From Paraphysomonas bandaiensis (taxonomy: Eukaryota > Protista > Chrysophyceae), in assembly GCA_965644295.1 (NCBI GenBank), contig CBFFRP010000009.1, positions 75,298 to 139,297 of the forward strand: a DNA stretch of 64,000 bases, in the 5' to 3' direction. This document shows, piece after piece, positions 12,897 through 23,512 of the stretch (its first letter is position 1; each line of letters begins with the position of its first letter). The notes under the pieces were generated by a model, which saw only the letters and a list, made by a program, of their open reading frames with translations, searched no databases and was not told the DNA's origin. A program made the translations under genes and the position numbers.

Positions 12897-13271
12897 CTAC
12901 TCGCTTCCTCCTCCCGAGTTGCGGTTTGTGGGAATTTTTGTGAGAAACCATGAGTAGCACGTAGAGCAATCTTTGCTGCAAAAGTTGGAATCCCCTATTC
13001 GAGAATACTGTGGAAAAAAAGCGCTTTCACAATTGATACATTTCGCAACAGGCGTAGTAACATATTCTTCGCTGCTGCTACAAGAAGAATAAACACTACA
13101 TGATTCACTCATCGTAGTGGTAATTTCATCTGTGGGGGTCGTTTTATTAGAGGGGTCACAATAACTGTGTGTAACGTTCGTTTCACAGCGGAGAGAAAGC
13201 ACTTTCCTTGTGATTGCTTGAGGTTTCACATGAGATTCCTCATGTGATTTCGTCAACATTGATCGAAGCAT
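12897..13271 (-). CDS. Small protein with a C-terminal FCS-type zinc finger (CxxC-x15-FCSxxC)
   Basis: ATG at 13271 (MLRSMLTK...), a Ser/Thr-rich linker, then CINC-ESAFFPQYSRIGDSN-FCSKDC. Head-to-head with the channel gene. Confidence 0.55.
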   Translation of the reverse strand: MLRSMLTKSHEESHVKPQAITRKVLSLRCETNVTHSYCDPSNKTTPTDEITTTMSESCSVYSSCSSSEEYVTTPVAKCINCESAFFPQYSRIGDSNFCSKDCSTCYSWFLTKIPTNRNSGGGSE

Positions 13272-13999
13272 CACGTCAAAGCAATCCACAATATTGCTCT
13301 TGTGATATATACATACACTGTGGTTTGAATCTGTTACGTTATTATGGTATCGTATGTACAGTATCTAAAAATTTCCCCTTCGTCGAATGTGTTTTTGTGT
13401 TCCCTCTCTGCCCGTACATCCCTATAGTACATCCCATCCCTATAGTATATTCCATCCCTACAGCAGTACATCCCATCCCCGTTTGCCTCTAGGAATTCCT
13501 ACTCTGTACTGAGTCGTACTGTATAGTACCATCGTATCTCCGTATTCGGGAAATATCTACACATATTTCAAGACAAAAATACGTTACATTTATTATGAAA
13601 CACGTGTAGAAATTCCTATACTGGATATACACAAAGTGTGAATATGAATACAATGTATGTGTATATACAGAGTGTATACAGTACTTTGTACCTACCTATT
13701 GTACCTACAGACATCCCGTGTGTAGATTAGTACAGCACTACACATGTTTTTATGCCCTATTATTCCTCACTTTTGGAACTCTCGGAAGACGAAGTATGAA
13801 GTGATCTCACCAAAAGTTGATGTGAGTGTGTTCTATTTTCTAGTTCTCTATCGAAGTGTTTTATATCTACTACACTTATAAGTATCTTATATCTTCAGTG
13901 ATATATACTGTACTAGCTTACATACATGCCTTCCAGTTCAATCGAAGTGACTAGGAGTGTCCTGGCGTTATAGTCATAACACTCCAAGTCAGTTGTTGC

Positions 14000-16900
14000 A
14001 TGTCAGAGCCTGAGTATGATTCTATTGCTCCACCTGCCCGTGTTTGGAGATGGTTCGGTCAGAAGTACAGCGATAGCGGTGACAAAGAGATAACTAAGAA
14101 GAAAAAGCATGACCAGGGCACTCATGGGTATCACCGTGACCCGAATATGCACACCGGTATAGTGAAGCTTTATCTTACTTATGCCTCACGGGTCAGGGAT
14201 ATTATACATAAAGATGGCTTTAACTACTTTATAATATCAGTTATATGTGTAGCTGGAGTGAATGTTGGGATCCAAAGTTACGAGGAGATGGATGATATAC
14301 TAGCGCTCGATGTACTGGACAATGTTATCCTGATTGTGTTCTCTCTCGAGATCATCTTGAAAATAATTGCGGAGGGGCTGGCTCCTATGTTATATTTCAT
14401 TGGTGATGAATGGAAGTGGAATACTTTTGATTTTAGTATTGTTTTCATGAGCCTGCCGCTTTGGAATGGCTTGTTTGGTGGGGGGTCTTTAGCACTGCTG
14501 CGTTTAGTCCGCCTCATGCGACTAGCAAAGATCATAAAAAAGATTCCAGCACTGCAGGTGATAGTTCATGGTCTAGTTGGCGGTCTGGCATCGATTGGCT
14601 ATATTCTATTGCTATTGATTCTGGTGCTTTATATGTTTGCCGTTGCGGGAGTTTATATGTTCCGTTCGAACGATCCATTCCACTTTGGAACTCTTCCTAT
14701 TGCCCTCATGACTATGTTTCGGTGCTCCACTCTTGACGCCTGGAGTGATGTCATGTTTCTGAATATATTTGGGTGTGATGGCTACAGTTATTTATATGTA
14801 TCGGAAGAAGAGAAGGACGAGTCGAATAAGCTTTTCTGGTGTAGGAACCCGAAGAAACAGTTTGTACTATCAGCTTCGTATTTTGTCTTTTTTGTGGTGG
14901 TTTCTGCTCTAGTTATGCTTTCCCTCTTTATTGGTGCAGTTACTCTGAGTATGAACGATAGCCTCAACGAGTTAAAACGGAAGGCAGAAGAGAAGAAAAT
15001 GCGTTCCCGGTTTGAAAAGAATATAAACAAGCTACGATTAGCGAGCTCAATTTTGAATTTGCGCACACGAAGCCGAGTACACAGTAGTAATCAATTAAGT
15101 GCCGATGCTGGGTCCAGTAATGCGTCCTACGACTGTGGACAATCAACTTCAATGCGAAGTGATATATCACCAAGCTTGCGGATGTTTTACTTCCACTCCC
15201 ATGGTCATCCTATGGCTAGGTCACTGACCAGTTCCAATGCAACCAGCCCAAATGTTTCTACTCGTAAATTGGTTCAGGGTGATGTGAAGTCAGCTTCCAC
15301 AGACGTAGAAAATAATAGGGGAGAGTTACGGCTTGGCTCAGCGATGTCTGAGCGAGAATCACCGACATCCATACATTTATCTAACGCGTCACAGGACCGT
15401 GATCATGTAAAGCGTATGATGAGTTTCATGGGAAAACACTCAGAGTTTAGTTTTCGTGATGATGAAGTATCAGGTGCGACACTTGAAAAGTCATCATCAC
15501 TCTTTAACCTGGATCCATGTTTACCTGAGTGGTACAAAAAATGGCGAGAGGATCAGACAGCCTTAGCGTCCCTTAACCAGAGAATAGAGATTGGACGTCT
15601 ACTACGCATTGGCATGGGGGTCGAGCCTCATGGAATTGAAGATGATCCCAAAAGTCTTACAACGTTTATTAAGCGATTGATTGAAGCAGAGAAGTGGAGT
15701 CAGAGCTATGAAATATTGGTAGAGCACTCAAAATATATATCGGAGCACAGTCATTTTGTGAATTTTGTCACGGCTGTAATCGTAATTGCAGGCATAAATG
15801 TGGGTGTTCAAACTGATGAAAGGATTACAGGTGTCGAAGAGATTTATGAAACCTCGGTGGTATTAGACAAGTTTATATTGTCTGTGTTTACTTTTGAGTG
15901 CGTTCTGAAGATTCTGGCAGAGGGTTACAAGCCGTGGGTATACTTCAGTGACAATTGGAACAAATTTGACTTCATTATAGTTGTTGGGTCGTATACGCCT
16001 GGTGCAGGCTCACTGTTGACTATGTTACGACTGCTGCGTCTGCTACGTGTTCTCAAGCTGGTCAAGTCTCTTCCACAACTGGCAGTCATAGTCAATGCAC
16101 TATTGATGGGAATGAGCTCGATTGGGTACATCGGAATGATATTGTTCTTGTGTTTTTATGCCTTCGCTATTCTTGGGATGCTCTTATTCCGCGACAATGA
16201 TCCGTTCCACTTTGGTAATTTACACATATCAATGTTTACGTTATTTCGATGCTCCACATTGGACGACTGGACGGAAATAATGTATGTCAACCTTTATGGG
16301 TGTGATCGATACCCTGGAGTATATGAGGACTTCCCGGAAATGTGCGACAAGCCAAATGCCATTGGAATAATTGCTCCGCTGTATTTCAATATATTTATTT
16401 TAGTTGGGGCACAAATACTTTTAACCCTATTCATAGGTGTCATTACAACGAGTATGGAGCAAGCACAGGAAATTAAGGACAGAGATATGAAACTGGAACG
16501 GCAGTGCAAAAGTTTGAAAAATTCGCTTGACCTAACTGATGTTCAGATGAAATGCTTTAGAAGAGTATTTAAAATGTTAGATGATGGGGTGACTGGTATA
16601 CTTTCTGAGGCGGATATGGCAGTTTGCTTTGAGTCTATTGAAGAGCTGTTGTATCCCTTTTCTATAGAGGATGAAATCAGAAAAGCGGATCCCGAAGGTC
16701 GCGGTGTTGACCTTGTTACCTTGATAGTAGTGATTTGCAACTTGCCAAGTTGTAAGTACAAGAGACTATTGAGAAGAACTCTAAGAAGATGGATAGTCAA
16801 TCGTAGGGCGAGAGGATTGCTCCAGCCAGAAAAGGTATCTGTGCGTCAAGTGGAGTTCAACAGTAGCAGCTCGGATAAGCGTGTCATGAGCATTAGAAAT

Positions 16901-17011
16901 TTGGCTGTGAAGATTAAAACGAACATTGTATATCCTGGAAGTGCGTTACATAATGTACCAGATGATACTACGCCTCACATTGCCTGTATAGAGAAACCTT
17001 TGAATAAATGA
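14000..17011 (+). CDS. Two-domain (2x6TM) voltage-gated cation channel with BacNav/CatSper/EukCat-like domains and a C-terminal EF-hand-like pair; intronless
   Basis: Each domain has S2 (F..E..LK), S3 (WNxFDF), an Arg-rich S4 (LLRLVRLMRLAK; LRLLRLLRVLK) and pore DPFHFG...FRCSTLDAW / FRCSTLDDW. C-terminal FKMLDDGVTGILSEADM and ADPEGRG resemble degenerate EF-hands. Confidence 0.9.
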   Translation: MSEPEYDSIAPPARVWRWFGQKYSDSGDKEITKKKKHDQGTHGYHRDPNMHTGIVKLYLTYASRVRDIIHKDGFNYFIISVICVAGVNVGIQSYEEMDDILALDVLDNVILIVFSLEIILKIIAEGLAPMLYFIGDEWKWNTFDFSIVFMSLPLWNGLFGGGSLALLRLVRLMRLAKIIKKIPALQVIVHGLVGGLASIGYILLLLILVLYMFAVAGVYMFRSNDPFHFGTLPIALMTMFRCSTLDAWSDVMFLNIFGCDGYSYLYVSEEEKDESNKLFWCRNPKKQFVLSASYFVFFVVVSALVMLSLFIGAVTLSMNDSLNELKRKAEEKKMRSRFEKNINKLRLASSILNLRTRSRVHSSNQLSADAGSSNASYDCGQSTSMRSDISPSLRMFYFHSHGHPMARSLTSSNATSPNVSTRKLVQGDVKSASTDVENNRGELRLGSAMSERESPTSIHLSNASQDRDHVKRMMSFMGKHSEFSFRDDEVSGATLEKSSSLFNLDPCLPEWYKKWREDQTALASLNQRIEIGRLLRIGMGVEPHGIEDDPKSLTTFIKRLIEAEKWSQSYEILVEHSKYISEHSHFVNFVTAVIVIAGINVGVQTDERITGVEEIYETSVVLDKFILSVFTFECVLKILAEGYKPWVYFSDNWNKFDFIIVVGSYTPGAGSLLTMLRLLRLLRVLKLVKSLPQLAVIVNALLMGMSSIGYIGMILFLCFYAFAILGMLLFRDNDPFHFGNLHISMFTLFRCSTLDDWTEIMYVNLYGCDRYPGVYEDFPEMCDKPNAIGIIAPLYFNIFILVGAQILLTLFIGVITTSMEQAQEIKDRDMKLERQCKSLKNSLDLTDVQMKCFRRVFKMLDDGVTGILSEADMAVCFESIEELLYPFSIEDEIRKADPEGRGVDLVTLIVVICNLPSCKYKRLLRRTLRRWIVNRRARGLLQPEKVSVRQVEFNSSSSDKRVMSIRNLAVKIKTNIVYPGSALHNVPDDTTPHIACIEKPLNK

Positions 17012-17292
17012 AGCTGCACATCGTGAAGGATGATCAGAATATACTCAGACAGTTCACTACATGGTTGAATTATTGTATATTACTATGTGCAACTACATTA
17101 CTACTTTGAGTCATACATATTTTAGCTTACAAATTTCACGCTATATTTTGTCTTGTGTTGTTATACCCGCTTATTACTTCTTTCACATTTTATATTTACG
17201 GCGTTGATAGCCAGTAATTGCTTTGCACCATTTATAAAGCCGCCATATATTTAACATTAAAATACTACTCTGTTTCATTACAATGTTTTGTA

Positions 17293-17531
17293 AAAAAGTA
17301 GGAAAATAGTTACATAAATTACAGATAATAATCCTGAGGATAATGATTACAAAGAGTAGGAAAATAGTTACATAAATTACAGATAATAATCCTGAGGATA
17401 ATGATAACAAAGAGTAGGAAAATAGTTACATAAATTACAGATAATAATCCTGAGGATAATGATAACAAAGAGTAGGAAAATAGTTACATAAATTACAGAT
17501 AATAATCCTGAGGATAATGATAACAAAGAGT
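17293..17531. repeat. Minisatellite, 4 copies of a 58-bp unit
   Basis: Unit aaagagtaggaaaatagttacataaattacagataataatcctgaggataatgataac starts at 17293, 17351, 17409 and 17467, with a partial copy at 17525. Confidence 0.95.
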
Positions 17532-17694
17532 GCTAAGTATGTTGACTATATGTTGAAGTGTTAACATTGAAAATTGAAATGTAGGCTATCCATCTAATAC
17601 TTGTGATAAAAAAAAGCTTATAGTACTAGTTTATTATCTTTATGTAATCGATAATGACCTGCAGAAATAAAGAATGTCAGATACTATATTGTGC

Positions 17695-18627
17695 TGACCT
17701 GAATGAGGTTTAACAAAATTCTCATATTCGCACCAGGCTAATATAGACCTTCAATTTCAATATTCAATTCGAACAGAAACACTCTTCTATCTTAGTTATG
17801 ATATTGAAAGTCGTTTATTAGAACTTTCTTTATTACATTACACAATCTTAGAGAAGCCGCCACAATGATGAGTCAAATTTCAAAATCAGATCATTAAACA
17901 CACCAAGCTCTATTTCAACGTTTGTTTGATGTAAAAGATCATAGTGAGGTCAGTGAAAGTGATCTATCATCACAACCAAGACTTCGAAACAAACTTCAAG
18001 AATATTACAGGAGAGTTCAAGTGCCAAATCTGAGGCAGAGGTAATATAGAGCAGCGACACCCAGTCCTTTCAGGGATTAGGTCATGTCGTACTTATCAAG
18101 ATTATTTGCGTCATCATACACACAGCACTCGTGGCAGGTGCACTGGCAGAGATTTAGCGTATTGTATATAAATGTGATGATGATGTCACCGACAACAAGA
18201 AGCCCCGTGCGACTACAACTTTTTTGCATTCATCGCCACATTTATATACGAATTGCTGTTGCTATATTACCTTCCTACCCTTCTGTGCTCGAGGTACATT
18301 AGTTGTAGCACGTATTGAAATTTGAGGATTTGCTGTCAGGAATTAATCATGCACAATTACCACTACATTACTATTGATTTAAAACAGTGCTTTGATTTTA
18401 TTTCTTAATATCAATCAGAGAACACTTATTTCCTCTCACAGCAAGAAAGCTACAAACATAGATATTAGGTTTACAACATAATGAGGATAAGCCACAACTT
18501 AACCTCGGGATAGGGAGTTTACTCCCTTGTCCAAACTTTAAAAACTCGGGCGTTTCTTCCTCGTTTCAAAATTTTGAGCGTGGGACGATATGGCCTCCAT
18601 ACTACTCGTGGGTAAATATAACTATAG
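17695..18627 (-). pseudogene. Degenerate coding relic (repeat family B), probably transposon-derived; paralogous to 37885-38713
   Basis: The reverse complement aligns in collinear blocks to 37885-38713 (ctatagttatat, ctcaaaattttg, aacgcccga, gaatgcaaaaa-gttgtagtcgc, tggcacttgaactctcctgtaatat, gttgaaataga, tcaatatcataactaagata, attcaggtca). Contains stops and frameshifts. Confidence 0.75.
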
Positions 18628-19228
18628 TATGCAACTGTTAGTAAATACAGCCCCACTATACTGATGCCAATAACTTGCAATGATTGATAAAACAGTTTCA
18701 TATTTCTTAACTGTTTATTAATGTATTCACAGCGTCATAGTTACCCTCTTGATCTCTCATGTGAGTTCTCCTCTACCATGATATATGAGACTCCGTTCCT
18801 CCAGAATATGTGAACCCAAAGTGTTTCTATGATTGTGGTAAGTATACAAGAGTCAAGCAATAGCCAAGAGGACATACCATACATGTCAAACTGCTGTACA
18901 TGTACCTACCGACATGTACCTATATACATACATATCTAGACGTAAGAATTAGTACTTGAAATTCAAAATCGAAAAGTACACTTTCAAAATATACCTGTAT
19001 ACTGTATACCATATACAAGGCCCATTGGACTACACACTCTCTCTGTTGTACACGGATATACAGATCCCTCTATACAGCAGTACACTGCTGTGGTAGATGA
19101 CAGCGAGCACTGCATGCTCATTCTTTAAGTTCCCATGCACTCCTACTATTAGAACTCTCGGTCAATTGCTTTAAATACCGATATATCAATGACTCAATAG
19201 TCATCTTATTATAATAGTAGTGAGTGTC

Positions 19229-21432
19229 ATGACAGAGTCGTCTACAGGTAGCGGTGGTTTCATATTTACAGGAGGAAAACAACGACAATTCCACTGCCAC
19301 TATTGTCATATTGATATTACACAGCAACTGAGAATACGATGTGCTGAATGTGATGATTTTGAATTGTGTGGGGATTGTTTTTGTTCAGGTGTTGAGCTCG
19401 ACTCCCACAAAAATACACACAGCTACAGGGTTGTCGATAGTCTCTATGTTCCTCTGTTTTCCAAGGATTGGACAATACAGGAGGAACTATTGCTTTTAGA
19501 GGGCATTGAGAAACATGGACTTGGTAACTGGAAGAATATCGCTGACTACATTGGCAGTAAGTCTGCGAAGCAATGTGATGAACATTACTGGCAGGATTAT
19601 ATGGGTACATTTGGACAGTGCCTACCCGCCCAATCCATGGTGGGGGATGCACAGGTATGAGAACTATACTTAAGCTATGATTGCAGTGATAGTTTTTTCT
19701 GTTTCTCTTGTTCTGATATGTTGCTGTTCTATTCTTGATGTGACTTTATCGTAGTTTAACTATTTCAATTGTGGCCTTGTAGGTAGATACTTCTTCTCTG
19801 GTTTGGCCTGGTGCTCCACCTCAAAATGATTTTGTCATCGTCCCCTCCCCTGATATGATTGGTACCTCTGTAGCAGCTGTTGCCCATATGAGTGAAGATT
19901 CTGATGTGCTCCCAACTTCAACGGGGAAGAGTATTCGAGAGAGTACTGGGGCAGCTGCTACTCGTAAAGAGCAAGAAGTGCGGGAAAAACTTGCACAACT
20001 CACCGGGGCAGAGATTGCCGGATTTATGCCATTACGGGAAGACTTCGATACTGAGCATAACAACGACGCCGAATTTCTACTTGTGGATATGGAATTCCAC
20101 CCTGATGACCATCCGGCGGAGGTGGAAATGAAACTGAAAGTCGTTGACATATACAATTGCAAGTTAGACGAACGAGATGAGCGGAAACGGTTTGTGATTG
20201 ATCGCGGACTTGTGGACTTGCGCAGACTGCAACAGGCAGACAAGAAACGTAGCAAGGAAGACAGGGAGCTGATCGGACGACTAAAGATGTTTTCAAGGAT
20301 GGTGAGCCCCGAGGAGGCTGACGCTCTGGTGGAGGGAATTCTTACTCAGAGAAAACTGAAACGACAAATTGATGCGTACAAATTGTACAGGTCAATGGGC
20401 ATTAGAACCATAGATCAGGTAAGGTGTTGGTATAGGTATTGACGTAGAATAATCAGTATCTACGTTATATCACTGCTTGTTATTCGCACTTTTCTTCTAC
20501 CTCTGTGTATCAGACAGTCACCAATTGTACATCTAGGCAAGGAAGTTTGAGACTGATCGTAAGAAGCGAGAGTACCAACTTAAAGCTCAAAAATCTCGTC
20601 AGTCGTCCTCTTATCTGCAAGCGTCACCCAGTGTGTCGTTGTCGCTGCAAGCAGACGATAGCGACCCCAGCACTGGCGTTTCGACAGGTAGGCGAATGAG
20701 TTTTACATACGCCTGTTTACGGCGATATATTTGTTAAATTGATTTGTTTCTGATGATAATTTTATACCCTTAGATTCTCCTAAAGAAGTCCTGGAGAGCA
20801 CTCGTAATGCACCTTGGGCAGATCTCTTAACAGAGCAGGAACTAATGCTGTGTCAGGAAGTTTCTCTCCTTCCTCTACAATATGTGGCGATCCAGGAAGC
20901 AATTGTGAGGTGTGTATGCTCCTTGACAGTAAATATTCAATCTTGTTGACAATTTTATTGTACAGAGAAGCGTACCGTAACGGCATGCTCACCCCTGAAG
21001 GGTTTAGACGAGTTATTAAGGTACATATATCGTATCATGTTTTCCGCTGTTTACTACCAGGGAGTATTCCGTTTTTGCCTACAATTTGGGCGTTTGATAT
21101 TGTACGTTTTCCGCTATTGACATATCATACAGGTACAAGGGTACGAGGAAGTAGAAGAGAGTGACATAGATGCAGGCGGATGCGCTGCTCGAGCCATCCG
21201 CCGAAGACGTCTGCGTGATGTAGCGGACGACACTGGAAAAGAACAGACATCATCAGATGGTATACCAAAAGCTGTTGCAGAGAGACTTTTCGATTTCTTT
21301 GTTGAGCACTCCGTGAACGGAAATAAAGCGCAGCTACAAGAAAAATATTCAGAGTTCGAACAAATTGCAGCCAAAGGAGCGTTCTCAGAGATTGATGACG
21401 GAGAATCAAAAACTAAGAAACAAAAGCGGTAA
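19229..21432 (+). CDS. ADA2: Transcriptional adaptor ADA2 (ZZ zinc finger, SANT, ADA boxes, SWIRM), 6 exons
   Basis: CHYC...CAEC...LCGDCF..H...H.Y (ZZ); WTIQEELLLLEGIEKHGLGNW (SANT); GFMPLREDFDTEHNNDAE; after splicing, LLTEQELMLCQ..LLPLQY and RLFDFF (SWIRM). Confidence 0.95.
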
Positions 21433-22084
21433 CTTGGAGTAGTATATAGCCTCGCATGTGTCCGTATTGACAAGTCGTTTATATCTTATCGTCGTTGGGA
21501 ATTATTAGTATTATTATAATTAAGCCTCATAAATATATTTTCAATACTTTCTCCATTCTGATATTTTCGAAACACCCAAAAGTACAGAATCCTATATCCT
21601 ATTATGCTCGATATATATATTATAATGTGTAAGATTTTGCGGTAATATATTTGACTAAATTTAACCGACGTTCAGTGGTATATTTACTGCAGTGAATGGA
21701 ATGCTATATGATGTTACCTATATTGGTCGTCGTACTGATTGACTGAAGTCATTGTATTTAAGATTTAAGACCACAAGTAGTTAGAAACAAAGTAGGTTCG
21801 AGTAGGACAATCGCAGCTGGCAGCTACACATATGTTGCTCGTGATAATCAATGGGTTGACAGTGGTAGTATAAGGGCAGATAACGTGGTTGCTGGTCAGC
21901 GAAAGCGCGCTTCTGTTAAAACCTACAGGACTTAAATGCTAATAAAGTTATTAGTTTTGTTCTCTAACCCTAATACTATAAATAGAATAGTTGTTTAAAC
22001 ATTATTTCTAGTTAAATTCTATGAATACTCCTAAATTTCCCAAAATATCGTAAAATTCCTACGTTTGCATAAAATGCTTACTGG

Positions 22085-23160
22085 CAGTAGTGAATGTCTT
22101 ATTATTATCTGTAGTGTCAGAACTAATGTAGCATTGCAATGTGCTTAACTCTGATATATCTTACAACTATTTAACGCTACGAAAGCTGCTTGTACGTTGT
22201 ACGTCACCACAAGAACAAAGGTGCAACCACTTTCGCTCTTTCACTCAAAGCAAATGCAGTGAGCAAGCAGAATGTTGATATATACCTGACATCTGAGTTC
22301 TTATGGTGAACAGCCCGGATGCTTCGCTTCAGCAAGGCAGCCCAATACCCCAGTTACCCTTCTCCAGGTGGTCCCTTTCCCGGATGCCTGATTATTCTTC
22401 ATTGCTTAAAGACGTCCATTACACAAGTGTCACTTATTAGTGTCCCTTGTACCACAAAAGCATTAGGCAATGAGTGGACAGAAAATTATCTGCAGGCTAT
22501 ATTTGCGGCTCACGTTAGTTCCTGGTACTTATCTCTTATAACACCTCAACTTGATAATATTATATATATACCTGACATCTGCTGAGTTTAAGATTTTGGA
22601 GTCCTGAAGAAGGCTGAAGGTGAACATCCCGAATTTTTGACTTCAGCAGGCAGCCCAATACCTCAGTTATACCCATGAGGCGGTCCCATTCGGAATTCGC
22701 AGATGATGTCGGCCATACACGAAGTCGGACTTTCACCTTTTCGTGTTGTTGTGGGGGATAAGTACCAAAGATATTTCTCTGGGAAGCTAACGTGAGCCGC
22801 AAATATAGCCAGCAGATAGTTTTCTGTCCACTCATAGCCTAATGCTTGTCTGAGAGTGCCACTCTTGTGTAGACGTCTTTGAGCATTGACGAATAATCAG
22901 GCATCGGAAAGGGACCACCTCAAGAAGGGTAACTGGGGTATTGGGTATTGAGCTGCCAGCTGAAGTCTAGCATCCGGGCTGTTCACCTTTAGGACCCAGA
23001 AATCTTGAAGTCAGCAGATGTCAGGTATATATCAACATTCTGCTTGCTCACTGCGTTTGCTTCGACAGAAAGAGCGAAAATGGTTGCTTGCGGAGACGTA
23101 CAACGTACAAGCAGCTTTCATAGCGTTAAATAGTAGGATATGAGAGTTAATCACACTACT
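22085..23160. repeat. Foldback: two family-A copies in inverted orientation around a spacer holding a further partial copy
   Basis: 22141-22535 is the imperfect reverse complement of 22757-23155 (e.g. gcagtgagcaagcagaatgttgatatatacctgacatctg versus cagatgtcaggtatatatcaacattctgcttgctcactgc). Confidence 0.9.
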
Positions 23161-23512
23161 TTAAATTGAAATCTGAGAATAATAAATTGATTTTTTCCCC
23201 TTCATCATTCCGTCGTCTTGTGTGTATTATACTACTAATATGATCAAGGGAATATGTCCAGTGATGAAAAAATTGACTTGGGAGTAGAACGAACCTATTG
23301 AAAATAAAATTTAAAACCGCATATCGACAATATGCCACATTCAGAAAACATGAAGGCAAGACAGTTGCCAAAATGTGGCTTGTTTTCCTTGCAATAGTCG
23401 TCATAAATCATGGACCAAAGCTACGATATATAACACAAATAAACTCTGATTATTTTTTCAGTTTACGTCATAAACAGTCTTGACAAAAAAACTACAAGAA
23501 CGTCCATACTTC

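Noticed and set aside
17293-17531. Possible CRISPR array
   Set aside because: Contiguous tandem units with no unique spacers, in a eukaryotic context with no cas genes.
18519-18701. 60-aa ORF with a hydrophobic segment, divergent from ADA2
   Set aside because: Most of it (18519-18627) is the terminus of repeat family B, which also occurs at ~37885-38000 without this ORF.
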